Below, piece after piece: positions 13,550 to 26,422 of a DNA stretch of 64,000 bases. The notes beneath the pieces were generated by a model. It made no database searches. It had not been told where the DNA came from and worked only from the letters and a program-made list of their open reading frames with translations. The DNA comes from Octopus bimaculoides (lineage: Eukaryota): contig NC_068987.1 in NCBI RefSeq assembly GCF_001194135.2, positions 104,811,200 through 104,875,199 of the forward strand, written 5' to 3'. Within the stretch, counting starts at the first letter, position 1. The number at the start of each line of letters is the position of its first letter. A program made the position numbers and the translations under genes.

Positions 13550-13550
<1 letters not shown>
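13022..13550 (-). mobile_element. About 530-bp non-coding retroposon-like element embedded in (TTA)n
   Basis: Non-microsatellite block with relatively high GC, flanked on both sides by (TTA)n; read on the minus strand it ends in an (AAT)n tail. No convincing ORF. Confidence 0.5.
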
Positions 13551-13590
<40 letters not shown>

Positions 13591-14949
13591 TGAGTTAGCT
13601 TCTTTAGATCATGAGCCTGTTGGAAATTTTTGCTGGCAAACAACAATCCTAAATAATCAAAACCTTTGTTTTGATAATTTGAGGAAAACGGAATAATAAC
13701 TTGCTAATGATTAAAATTTTATTTACCATTTAACATTTAACATAATTAGACAAATCGTTCTCGGTTTCAACCAATTTTCTACACTTAAAGCTAATTAGAC
13801 TTCTACACATACAGCTAATTAGACTTCTACTTTTCATGCATATAGGTGCAGGCATGATTGTATAGTTAAGATGCTTAATTTGCAACCATGTGGTTTCAGG
13901 TTCAGTCCCACTTTGCTGCACCTGAGCTGACCTTTTGAATGAATTTGGCTAATGTAAACTGTGAGAAAGAACAGTGTGTGCGTGTGTGTGTGTGTGTGTG
14001 TTGCGTTTTTACCCCACCATTTGACAACTGGAGTTGATTTGTTTAATTAAACCCTTCAAGCAGTGCTCCAGAATGGCCACACTCCAGTGAGCAAAGCAAG
14101 TAAACGATAAAAGATAAGGACTTGCAAGAAGTGGCAAACATGTCATATCCTACTGTAATGCAAAAGGGAAGGGCACATATGAATGTGTATTCCCAGATAT
14201 TCTTGAAAAGGCAGGATAGTCTTGGCTGGAATGTCTTTGATCCTCTCAATAAAAGCTGATCTGGGACTTAACAGTCACAACATCTGATTAGTTCAACAAC
14301 TGACTTAAATAACGACTTATATTGGTGCTTTCAACCTCTTAGCAAATATCTCTGGGGATCATACATATTCCTTTGTCTTATTTTTAATTACTTTACTCTC
14401 TGTTTTCTGTTTGATCTTCATAGCTGATCCTTCCTTTAGTTTCACTTAAGGTAACTCTTACAATTCTTCTATTATAGCCAAAGGTAAATGAAGTATATTA
14501 TGACTGGCACATCTCCCAAATGACAAACTGATTCATATTGAATTCAATCTCAACATTTGAGGCAGTTCATTCCCTCAGTCTGGAAATATCTTCTGCATTC
14601 TTCACTTATCACAGTTTATTTAGTTTGGCTGGAACATTGCTTGGTTAAGAAGTTTGCTTCCTGACTACACAGTTTCAGGTTCAGTCCTGCTGCATAGCAC
14701 TTTAGGTGTCTTCTTTTATAGCCCTAGGCTGACCGAAGTCTTTTGAATGGATTTAGTAGATGGAAACTGAAAGAAACCCAACCACTTTACAAGCTGCAAT
14801 GGGAAACACCAAATAATGAGAGGAAATTGTGAGCAAAATAGGAGCAACATTTATTGATGCATGTGAAACATGTAGATAATTGTTTCAAAGCCTTCTTCTT
14901 TAAGACTTAAAATTCAAACTTAAATTCTAAGATGTTTAAAACTCATATC

Positions 14950-15101
14950 TGGATGACTACAACAATGATGACAACAACAATGATGACAACAACAATGATG
15001 ACAACAACAATGATGACAACAACAATGATGACAACAACAATGATTACAACAACAATGATGACAACAACAATGATGACAACAACAATGATGACAACAACAA
15101 C
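14950..15101. repeat. 15-bp minisatellite (ATGATGACAACAACA)n, about 10 copies
   Basis: Directly visible; produces the MMTTT/HHCCC pseudo-ORFs. Confidence 0.95.
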
Positions 15102-15229
15102 AGTAATTCATGATCTCATATCCTGTACAGCACCTGTTATTGAAATTTTTGAGGTTAAAAAACCAACAATAAATAAAGGAAAAAGTCCCATGGTGGGGAC
15201 AAAAATTTGGGAACCAAATTGAGCATTTC

Positions 15230-16720
15230 CATAGAGACCTTGGAAGAATGAATGCAACCATAGAAAAGATGGTGAGAGAACAAATTGCAAAGAGAGTACA
15301 TTTGACACAAAAGGATTACACAATTATAGAAGACTTAAGGCAAAAATCAAAGCAATGTCCAGTAAAACACACACACACATACCAACAGAGAACGAACCAG
15401 TACCAACAGAACTGGCTCTTCAAGAACAAGAGAAAATTCAACCAACAGCTGGAAAATGAAGATGAACATCATGGAAATGATAATCCAGATGCTGAAACAG
15501 CAAGATAATTTTGGTCAGAAATTTGAAGCAAAATCCAACATAATATAGAAGCAGACTGGATATGGAAATTTGGAAAAGAAATGGAAAATGGAGCAAAATA
15601 AGAAAATATAATTATCCTAGATATGAAAGAGATGATATTGAGATACTCTGCAATGGACAAAGGCTGAGCTACAGAAATTTGAAAGTAGAACAAGAAAGCT
15701 GCTCACAAAGCATGGAACGCACCAACCTAAAAGTAACATAATCAGACTCAACCTACCAAAAGACAAGGAAGGAGGCAGCAGACTGCTTCATTAGTACTGT
15801 GATACTGAGTTTGAAAGATTAATTATGTCGTATATAGTAGTGAAAGAATATTATCAAGAGCTACAGATATCCAGAAACTTACTGAAAAGAGCAGAATTCA
15901 AGTATAGAAGGAAGAACAACAGAGCAAGCAGACATGGAATTACATGGCCGATTCAAGCAACAAACCAAGGATGTTGAAAGTAAAGAATGCTTGTTATGGC
16001 TGATGGACAGAAACCTGGAACAAGAGACTGAAATACTGATTATAGCCATTGAGATACAAGTCGTTAAGACAGATTTAACAAAGACAAAGATCAACAAAAC
16101 TCAGTTGGAGAGCAAATGCAGAATCTATGGGAAAGGAGATGAAAGTATCAATCATTTCTTGAGTGAATGCAGTAAGCTGCAACAAAAAGAATACAAGGGC
16201 AGACATAATTGAGAAGGTAAAAGAGTGCAATTAGGATATTAGCTAAATGTGTGGCTTAGAAATGACAGAAATGTGGTATGAACACAAACCAAAGGCCGTA
16301 ATAGAAAAAATGAATTACAGGATTCTATGGGACCTCTCCATAAAGACCAACCATACTGTTGAATCAAGAAGACCAGATATGATTATAGAGAAAAAAAAAC
16401 AAACAATGTAAGATCATAGACTTGGTAATTCCCTATGATAACAGAATTGATACAAAAGAAACTTTCAAAAAACTGAAAATCATCAGAATCTAACCAATGA
16501 GCTGAAGTAACTAAAGTTCCTATGGTAATAGGTACACTTTGCACAACACCTAATATGCTACCTTAGAGACTGAATAGGGTTTAAATTGGAACTTGCATTG
16601 TTCACCTGCAGAAAAGTACCATCTTATATTCTGCAAAAATCCTAAGAAACTTTCTTGGAATTTGGGGAGACTTGTCATCACACCTCAAGATAAAATTCCT
16701 GCTAATTAGATTAGCATGTA
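15230..16720 (+). mobile_element. R4/Dong-clade non-LTR retrotransposon fragment with internal deletion
   Basis: QNWLFKNKRKFNQQL...PDAETAR*FWSEI (pre-RT), KAELQKFESRTRKLLTKHGTHQPKS..RLNLPK..GG (post-RT), ELHGRF, CCHC-like KCRIY..DESINHFLSECSKL, and REL endonuclease ILWDLSIKTNHTVESRRPDMIIE. Multiple stops and frameshifts. Confidence 0.8.
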
Positions 16721-19689
16721 ATAGCTTAATGAGAAGAAGAAAAATTACTACTACTATTATTATTATTACAATTCTAATACATCAAAATTAAAAATACAAG
16801 GAAGAGGTATAATGCACGATATGAGAGCAAGAAATACTCAAACAAAAGACAGTGAAGAGAAATATTTTTTGCTTCTGCAATTGTTATGATGGGATGAGAG
16901 AAGATATTTGCTAAAGCAAGGCAACAGATGAAGAGCTACCCACCTGTTGTAACCAAAGACGTGTGATATTTAATCACTGATGTATCAATCAATTTAACTT
17001 TGTTTCCGTTATGCAAACATTGGGAACAAAAATTATGTTTGTCTATTCAATAAAGAAAAATAATAACGTGAGTGATTCAACACCCAACAACACTATAGCA
17101 GGATCAATTCAGCTTAATAGCCTATTCTCTTCTGATGGCAGCATAATTGGCAGCTTACTAGTTATCCTGTTCAGTGAGCTAAATGATACTATAACTACAG
17201 CTAAAAGCCAACATGCTTTCAAATGAAAACCCATTAGTTTTAAATCCTGAATCTTTGAAAAACACAGCAACAATAAAAGAGTTTTTGACCTTTAATAGTA
17301 ACACTAAAAGTCAGTTAATTGGGGTTCCTCTACAACTAGTAGTTATTTATATTTGAAGTAGGTATGCTGGAAATAAAGGTTTAAATTAAGGCGTTCGTAT
17401 CTGTTGAACTATTTACAGCAGCTTTAGACATTGTAGTTTTCCACAACCCCGAGAATTCTTAAATACTTTTAACAATTCTATTTTTGTCCTAAACTTTTCA
17501 ATGATTTCTGCTTTTAATTGTTGCCTTCTGTTGGATTTGATCTCAAGTCCAGTAGGATATGAATTTACTCTGAACCATCTTCACAGATATTTTGTCCTTT
17601 AAATCAAATTTCACTTGCAATGATAGGCACAGGCATGGCTGTATGGTTAAAAAGCCTGCTTCCCAACCATTTGGTCTCAGGTTCTGTCCCTTTGCATGGC
17701 ACCTTGGGCAACTGTCTTCTTTAGATGACATTACAATAAAATATGATTTTACTCGTATGTCAATTATCAGTTATATTAGAAAACACAGAAAAGGCATTCC
17801 AACCATAACCACCCAACAATTTATGAATATTGGTAGTAAGGGGGAAGTCTGAATTTTTGCACAGACACACATTAAGATTTCTGTCATTGCTCTTTCTAAG
17901 TTCAAATGTAAATATTATGAAGTCCATTTGCCCCCGTTTGATGAACCTTCTTTAAATTATGCCTCAAGAATAAACTCTGTACATCAACCCACAAGGTGAA
18001 ATATTATCACCTCCTCAAATCCAGAATGACAAATAGGCATTGTTATCATTAATTCCTGCCATTGCAAAATCCTCAGGCTAGCCAAAGCCCTGTGAGTGGA
18101 TCTGATGGACAGAAACTGAAAGGCAGCAAGCTGCCAGAAACGTTAGGGGGCCGGGCGAAATACTTAGTAGTATTTCGTCTGCCGCTACATTCTGAGTTCA
18201 AATTCCACCGAGGTTGGCTTTCCCTTTCATCCTTTCAGGGTCGATAGATTAAGTACCAGTTATGCACAGGGGTCAATGTATTCGACTTAACCCCTTTGTC
18301 TGTAGCCCCTTGTGGGCAATAAAGAAATAAGGAACTGAAACAAGCCCTGTGTGTGTGTGTGTGTGCGTGTGTGCGTGTGTGCGTGTGTGTGTGCGTGTGT
18401 GTGCGTGTGTGTGCGTGTGTGTGCGTATGTGCGCGTGTGTGTGTGTGCGCGTGCNNNNNNNNNNNNNNNNNNNNNNNNNNNNNNNNNNNNNNNNNNNNNN
18501 NNNNNNNNNNNNNNNNNNNNNNNNNNNNNNNNNNNNNNNNNNNNNNNNNNNNNNNNNNNNNNNNNNNNNNNNNNNNNNNNNNNNNNNNNNNNNNNNNNNN
18601 NNNNNNNNNNNNNNNNNNNNNNNGTGTGTGCGTGTGCGTGTGTGTGTGCGCGTGTGTGTGTGTGTGTGTGCGCGTGTGTGTGCGTGTGTGCGTGTGTGTG
18701 CGTGTGTGCGTGTGTGTGTGTGCTCTTGTCTGTAAATCAAATATTGGGTGAGTTCAGGATTCAGCATCACACATGTTAGGTTGTTCATTTCCAGTCTTCT
18801 GCTAGGATCATGTCTGGGTATGGGGAAGATGCTTCATTTCTTGGAGCTAGGTGGGGGTTAGCAACAGGGATGGCATCCAGCCTTTGAAAATCTGCCTTAG
18901 CAAATCCAGTCTGGCACATACAAGCACGGGAAAGTAGATGTTGAATTATGATGTTAATGAATGAAGTCACGAGGAAATGATTCAATAGTCACCTGATTTC
19001 CTTTGGGAAATTTTCCAAGCATGTTGCAGTGAAACACCAATGGTATTTGTTTTGTTTTTAAAACTTTTTCCCTTTTTGTGGTACAAAAAATACAAAAGTA
19101 GTGTTGTTCTTATTATCAACGAGTTAATTTGTCTCAAATTGTTAGTGTGTGCAAGTCTTTCGCGTTGACTAATGACATAGCTATGTGCAAGTCAACAAAA
19201 AAATAATTAAAATCATCAGATAAACAAATAACTGGAAATTACATTTAATGTATCTTTGTTTATTAATTAGACTAGCCAATTAGCTAATTGAATTTCTGAG
19301 ATAAATAAAAGCAAAATTAATTTAATCTGAGGCCTTTCCTAGAAACTTTCCGAAACTTATTCAAGGAATCTAATCTGTTATTTGCTTGTCAATCCCAGGA
19401 TATATTTTTAGATTTAAAGAAAATGCTTAATTGAAATAACAAGGGTATAACTTTGAAAGCAAATGACAAGGACATTTTATGTCAACATAAGAGCTGATTA
19501 TTACCATCATCATCATCATCATCTTAATTTCCACTTTTCCATGCTTGTGCAGATTAGATAGTATTTGTTGGGGTTTGATATGTTTTCAAAAAACTGGAAA
19601 TAGATGACACTGCTTGTATGACAGTGACACTTGTTTACAGCTCAAATGCAATAACAAGACAAGAGAACACATACATATTCTGTTACTCT

Positions 19690-20069
19690 AATTCTTTTAC
19701 TTGCTTCAGTCATTTGACTGTGGCCATGCTGGAGTACCACTTTTAGTCGAATGAATTGACTCTAGGATTTATTCTTTGTAAGCCTAGTACTTATTCTATC
19801 GATCTCTTTTGCCAAACTGCTAAGTTACAGGGACGTAAACACACCTGCATCAGCTGTCAAGCAATGATGGGGAGACAAACATAGACACACGAACATATGC
19901 ATATGACAGGCTTCTTTCAGTTTCCATGTACCAAATCCACTCACAAGGCTTTGGTCGGCCTGAGACTATAGTAGAAGACACTTGTCCAAAGTGCCATACA
20001 GTGGGACTGAACCCAGAACCATGTGGCTGAGAAGCAAGCTTCTTATCACACAGTCATGTCTGCCTATGC

Positions 20070-20107
<38 letters not shown>

Positions 20108-20286
20108 ATAGGTGCAGACACGGCTGTGTAGTAAGAAGCTTGCTTCCCAACCACATGGTTCTGGGTTCAGTCCTGCTGCGTGGCACCTTGAGCAAATGTC
20201 TGCTACTATCGCCTTGAGCCAACCAAAGCCTTGTAAGTGATTTGGTACATGGAAACTGAAAGAAGCCTGTTGTGTGTATGTGTATG

Positions 20287-20323
<37 letters not shown>

Positions 20324-20560
20324 ATATTTATGCATGTGTGTGTGTGTATGTATGTGTGTTTGTGTCTGCTTGTCCCCACCACTATCGCTTCACAACCAAT
20401 GTTGATGTGTTTATGTCCCTGTAACTTAGCAGCTCGGCAGAACAGACCATTAGAATAAGCAACATTCTTACAAAGAGTAAGTCCAGGGGTCAATTTCTTC
20501 GAGTAAAAGGTGGTGCTCCAGCATGGCCTCAGTCAAATGACTGAAACAAGTAAAAGAATG
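19690..20560. mobile_element. Two full-length SINE family A copies, head-to-head
   Basis: Minus copy at about 19690-20062 and plus copy at about 20110-20560, separated only by (TA)n. Confidence 0.85.
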
Positions 20561-22195
20561 AAAGAATATATATATATATATACACATACACACACACACA
20601 TACACACACCCACATAAATAGTGATTGCTCCATCTTCACAAACGATTGGTGTCTCCTGCTTTCCTTGTTGCCAATAGCGTTTCTGACTCACTCACCATGA
20701 TTTTTCAGATGACTAATTCCTACTGTAGATCTGCATGGTTTGAAGCATAGGTGACTGAGGACATTTGTAACTTACTGCAAGCTTCCACCTGGGTAGGTCT
20801 GCATATATTGCCACTTTTCCACTGCCATAGGACATTCAGAAGATGGAATGGAAAATGATGTCACCATAAAGAGACATCTTTGATTCTTTCATTTGTTTCA
20901 GTCATTTGACTGTGGCCATGCTGGAGCACTACCTTGAGTTGAGTAAATCGATCTCAAGACTTACTCTTTGTAAGCCTAGTACTTATTCTACCAGTCTCTT
21001 TTGCTGAACTGCTAAGTTACAAGGATGTAAACATACCAACATCAGTTGTCAAGTGATGTTGGGGGGACAAACACAGACACACAATCATACATACATATAT
21101 TCACGATATATACACAACATACATACATACATACATATATATATACACTTTCAGTTTCTGTCTACCAAATCCACTCACATGGCTTTGGTTGGCCCAAGGC
21201 TATAGTAGAAGATGCTTGCACAAAGGTGCCATGCAGTGGGACTGAACCCAGAACCATGTGGTTGGTAAGCAAGCTACTCACCACAAAGCTACTACGTAAT
21301 TGGATTGCAGTGATAAATTATTGTACAACATGAGCACCACTCTCTGAATTTCTGTGATTAGTACCTAGTGATAGGCTGAAGTGACATGACCAGTAATCAT
21401 TTGAAAATACAGGTTTTACATCAGTCTCTCCCTCCTAGAAAGATGCGATTATAACTGCTAGGGTTTCCTCACTTCTGGTAATTACATTGCATACCCTGAC
21501 AACAACCAAAGGTAGTTCTGCACTCCCATGTTCAGACGGTTTGTTATCCTATGTGCTAGTTATTCCATAGCTGGGAGCCTGAAAGGTACAACTACTATGG
21601 GTCAGAAAAGACCTAGGAACAATAGTGGCTGAGGTAGTTCCATACTCCTCAGAACCCAGGAACTCCACCCTAGGTATGACTTCAAATTTCATCCCATAGC
21701 AGAACATACATAAATACACAGGCATGGCTATAGTCAAGAAGCTTGCTTCTTGATCATGTAGTCTCAGGTCCACTAAGACAACATGATCTCAAGGTCCCAC
21801 TGCACAGCACCTTGAGCAAGTATCTTCTACTACAGCCCTGGGTTAATGAAAGCATTGTGAATGAATTCAACAGGTGGAAACTGAAAGAAGCTCATTGTGT
21901 GTATTTGTGCATACCCTTGTCTTGACATCATGTGATGATTGTAAATGAACATCACCATCAGACCAGCTGCATTAATTCAGTTCCAAGTCTTCCATTCTTG
22001 GAGACAGGTGAGGGTTGACAACAGAAGTAGCATCTGGTCATAGAAAATCTTTCTCAAACAACTGACCCATGAAATCATCAGGAAACGATTCAATAATCAA
22101 CTGAGTTCCTTTAGGAAATCTTTCAAAAATGTTGCAACAAAACGCCAAAGGAAAAGTGGATGTTAAACGTTGGTGATGAGAATATACACAATATA

Positions 22196-22411
22196 CAACA
22201 GGGTGCTGAAAGGTTCCTGGTTTCAAGGGTATTGCAGAAAGCTTGACTGGAGACCCAACCTTCCAAGTTTTTACAAGGCTTAGAGAAACTGAAGGATTGC
22301 TACCATAAGTGTGGGAATCTGAGAGGAGAATATGTTCAATAAAATCATAATGAACTGATCCTCATGTATTTTCTTTTTATCTAAAGCCAGGAACTTTTCA
22401 ACACCCCCTCA
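22196..22411. mobile_element. Older copy of the same mariner MITE, opposite orientation
   Basis: Same TIRs, degenerate; plus strand retains the transposase C-terminus GLEKLKDCYHKCGNLRGEYVQ*. Confidence 0.8.
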
Positions 22412-25200
22412 TATATATTTCAGTTTTTGTTTACCAAATCCACTCAGGGCTATAGTAGAAGACATTTGTCCAAGGTGGCATGCAGTGGGATTGAACCTAA
22501 AGCCACATGGTTGAGAAGCAGGATTTCTCAGCCACACAGCCATTAAATGATTATCTGTGCCATTCTTCTGTTAATTACAATCACTACTCATTATATGAAC
22601 AAATTAAATTTTGAAATTTGTTTTTTGCAAAGATGTTGATCCTCATTATTTCCAGTAAATGCTCTCAGTCAATCACAACATCAGTTCTCTTTACAAAAGC
22701 CTACCAAAAAGACTATGAATAGGTGCATGGCAGAACCAGTATGATAACCATTTGAGATCTTACACCTCATCTTGTTCATGACACATTGGTTATGAGTAAC
22801 ACTTACCTTCTTGTGTGTTGCATATTGATTTTGCTCCATGAAAAATCTATAAATAAGTCACTATTTCAAAGTGCTTAATTATAATTTGTTAATGGTCTCA
22901 TTCTAAGTAAAGACCTTCGTTATGACTAATAAACTATACTTTTAATGTATAGTAATAAACGTGAAATTCTGTCTGTCTGTGTCTGTTCAGACCCCTGTAT
23001 CTCAGTCTACATTTGCTCTACATAGACATATTATATCTTCTTGGAATCAGGATGATCCTGGGATTGGAAATCTGCCCTTCATTTGGTCCTTGAATATGTA
23101 GCATTGGGATGTATTTAGACATACAGACAGACAGATATATGTCTATATATGTGAGTGAGTGTATTTTGTGTGTGTTTATCGTCCCCCTTACACCACTTGA
23201 CCGCAGATGTTAGTTTGTTTACATCCCTGTAACTAAGTATTTTGGCAAATGAAACCAACAGAATAAGTACCAGACTTCAAAAAAATTAGTACTGGGGTCA
23301 ATCTGTTCAGCTTAAACCTTTTAAGACTGTGCCTCAGCATGGCCGCAGTCCAATGACTGAAGCAAGTACAAGATAAAAGGAATCAAGTTATGTCTGCTGT
23401 GATCAGTGTTTAGCCCCACGCCAGCCCTATTTGAACAGGCCTAGGGCTAAGAGCATTCCAATCATGACCATCATGGACTACAACATCCAACAAGATTTAA
23501 GGACGATTTTGCTGCTAATTTTAGCAACTACATAGAGGCTGTCTTGTTGGTTCATCCTATTAAACTAGGATCATATCTCGTTTAACTTTGATTAGGTGAC
23601 ATAGAAATAGCTGTGTTAATGTTAGGGGATTCACACACAGATAGGGTTTATCTAGTTTGTAGATACTTCACTTAGGATTCTAAATTCAAGCAGGATTTTA
23701 ATTAAAACTGATACATCACCTAATTTACAATCAGTTAATATGGTAGGTTATCACAGGGTGATAGTGACAAAATCCTGTGAACCTATTTCAGCAGCTGGAC
23801 ACTGCTAGTGAAGTAGAGCTACCAAGCGACACCTCTACATAACCATAACCACACTGGTCACCTGGTAAAAGCATTTGTCAATCTGTTAACTGATGGCATT
23901 GGATGTCTTCGAGAAGGACATGTTACATGCCATAAAAGATAGTGATGGATGACAGACCAGTGTCATGCAAGTTTCACCTAATAATGATGATGATGATGAT
24001 GATGATGATTACTGCAGATTTGGTAATATGTTCTTGAAAGAAGCCCATCATCATAACTGTAACTTAACGTCCATGTTCTATGCTGGTATGGGTTGGACTG
24101 TTTGACAGGATTCAATGGGTTCAACGAGTCCACCATACTCCAGTGTCTACTTCAGCAAGGTTTTTACAGTTGGATTTGGATGCTCTTCTTATTGCCAACC
24201 ACTTTACAGTGAGTACTGGGTACTTTATTCATGCCATCAGCATTAATGTGGTTACCAAACAGCTTACAAGACTACAGACTCCAAAGGAGAAGCTATATGC
24301 TAGAAGATGATAAAAGTATGAGAGGAAGAGTCAGAGCAGAACAGGTTTCTTGCTGTAGAGAAGCTACATTGGCTACTCATATTTAGAGATGAGGGTGGGA
24401 GTGATTGAGTGGAGCTGGAAAGTGATAAAAATAATGATAAAAATAGTGATGATGAGGTGTCAGGGTGGACCTTCAAGGTATGAGATGGGTATATAATGAG
24501 TGTAGCAGAGGGACCAGGAGTATGGGCTAGTAGAGGCTGCAAGAGAGTATGGAGGTGAGAGATGGAGCATGGGTGAGGGGTGTGATTTATTCTTTTACTC
24601 TTTTACTTGTTTCAGTCATTTGACTGTGGCCATGCTGGAGCGCCGCCTTTAGTTGAGCAAATCGACCCCAGGACTTATTCTTTGGAAGCCTAGTACTTAT
24701 TCTATCGGTCCTTTTTGCCGAACCGTTAAGTTACGGGGATGTAATCACACCAGCATCGGTTGTCAAGCGAAGTTGGGGGAACAAACACAGACACACACAC
24801 ACACACACANNNNNNNNNNNNNNNNNNNNNNNNNNNNNNNNNNNNNNNNNNNNNNNNNNNNNNNNNNNNNNNNNNNNNNNNNNNNNNNNNNNNNNNNNNN
24901 NNNNNNNNNNNNNNNNNNNNNNNNNNNNNNNNNNNNNNNNNNNNNNNNNNNNNNNNNNNNNNNNNNNNNNNNNNNNNNNNNNNNNNNNNNNNNNNNNNNN
25001 NNNNNNNNNNNNNNNNNNNNNNNNNNNNNNNNNNNNNNNNNNNNNNNNNNNNNNNNNNNNNNNNNNNNNNNNNNNNNNNNNNNNNNNNNNNNNNNNNNNN
25101 NNNNNNNNNNNNNNNNNNNNNNNNNNNNNNNNNNNNNNNNNNNNNNNNNNNNNNNNNNNNNNNNNNNNNNNNNNNNNNNNNNNNNNNNNNNNNNNNNNNN

Positions 25201-25960
25201 GATTATCGGATGACATTTTGAAATGGGGTTACATGCCCGAACCTCTAGGCCTCTTCAGAGATTCACAAAGGGTTACATACAGATGTAGAGCAAGAGGTAA
25301 AAACAGAGGTGTGGTAGAGACCAGAAGAAAAACAACAGCAAAAATAAGATAGAAATAAAAATAAAAATACAATTGAAATCAAAATATAAATAATAAAAAA
25401 TACAAATAAGGGTACAGCAGGAAAAAATAATAATAGTAGTAAAAAAGAATACATAAATGAAGGTATAGCATGTGGGACATGCAAACATATAAAAAAGATA
25501 TATGTCATGTTTGTAGGCTTTTTGGGTGCCTTGTATTTCTAAGGGTTTTTTTGACATATCTTTTTTATATGTTTGCATGTCCCACATGCTATACCTTCAT
25601 TTATGTATTCTTTTTTACTACTATTATTATTTTTTTCCTGCTGTACACTTATTTGTATTTTCTATTTTTATTGTTATATTTTCATTTCAATTGTATTTTT
25701 ATTTTTATTTCTATCTTATTTTTGCTGTTGTTTTTCTTCTGGTCTCTACCACACCTCTGTTTTTACCTCTTGCTCTTCATCTGTATGTAACCCTTTGTGA
25801 ATCTCTGAAGAGGCCTAGAGGTTCGGGCATGTAACCCCATTTCAAAATGTCATCCGATAATCACTCCGGAAAGGAATATTCGGATAGAATGGGGTCTGCC
25901 AAAACTAGGCCGTAACAGCTGTAAGATTAAACTTCTGTTCATCCTCTAATTCCTTATGTA
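25201..25960. mobile_element. Inverted duplication with a Penelope-pLTR-like tail
   Basis: 25201-25508 is a slightly diverged reverse complement of about 25552-25862, with a spacer of about 43 nt. The right arm continues into the hammerhead motif; the left arm abuts an N gap. Confidence 0.55.
25800..25928 (+). ncRNA. Type I hammerhead-like motif with long stem II insertion, core mutated
   Basis: AATCT-CTGAAGA-GGCCTAG...(86 nt)...CTAGGCC-GTAA-CAGCTG-TA-AGATT. Stem I AATCT/AGATT, 7-bp stem II, palindromic ACAGCTGT stem III, GUA site; GAAA is changed to GTAA. Confidence 0.65.
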
Positions 25961-26157
25961 CTTTGTACTTCTATATGTAAACCATGTTGCCAAAATAACA
26001 GTCTGCCATGGACACCTGTGCTTTGGTTCTTTCTTTTTCTTTTCTTCCTCTCTTTTGTCACTTTTGCTATGAATTAAATTAATGAATTCAACGGGATACA
26101 CCGTCTGCAAGTAGTTGGGTTCAGCATATTATCCTCCATTTTCTAATTGTTACACAT

Positions 26158-26199
<42 letters not shown>

Positions 26200-26367
26200 N
26201 NNNNNNNNNAGTCTGCCATGGACACCTGTGCTTTGGTTCTTTCTTTTTCTTTTCTTCCTCTCTTTTGTCACTTTTGCTATGAATTAAATTAATGAATTCA
26301 ACGGGATACACCGTCTGCAAGTAGTTGGGTTCAGCATATTATCCTCCATTTTCTAATTGTTACACAT

Positions 26368-26422
<55 letters not shown>

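Noticed and set aside
14920-15261. MMTTT-repeat and HHCCC-repeat ORFs (mucin- or metallothionein-like)
   Set aside because: Products of a 15-bp minisatellite next to a LINE fragment; no splice or domain support.
22807-22846. Minus-strand 40-nt exon candidate with a strong AAG|GTAAGT donor as next INF2 exon
   Set aside because: No frame resembles the expected LDxxNVMVKKQVFELLxALCxYS segment, and extending to the expected length hits a stop.
26000-26409. Exact 200-bp direct duplication (26000-26199 and 26210-26409)
   Set aside because: Identical copies on either side of a 10-N gap ending in (TA)n: most likely an unmerged contig overlap, not biology.
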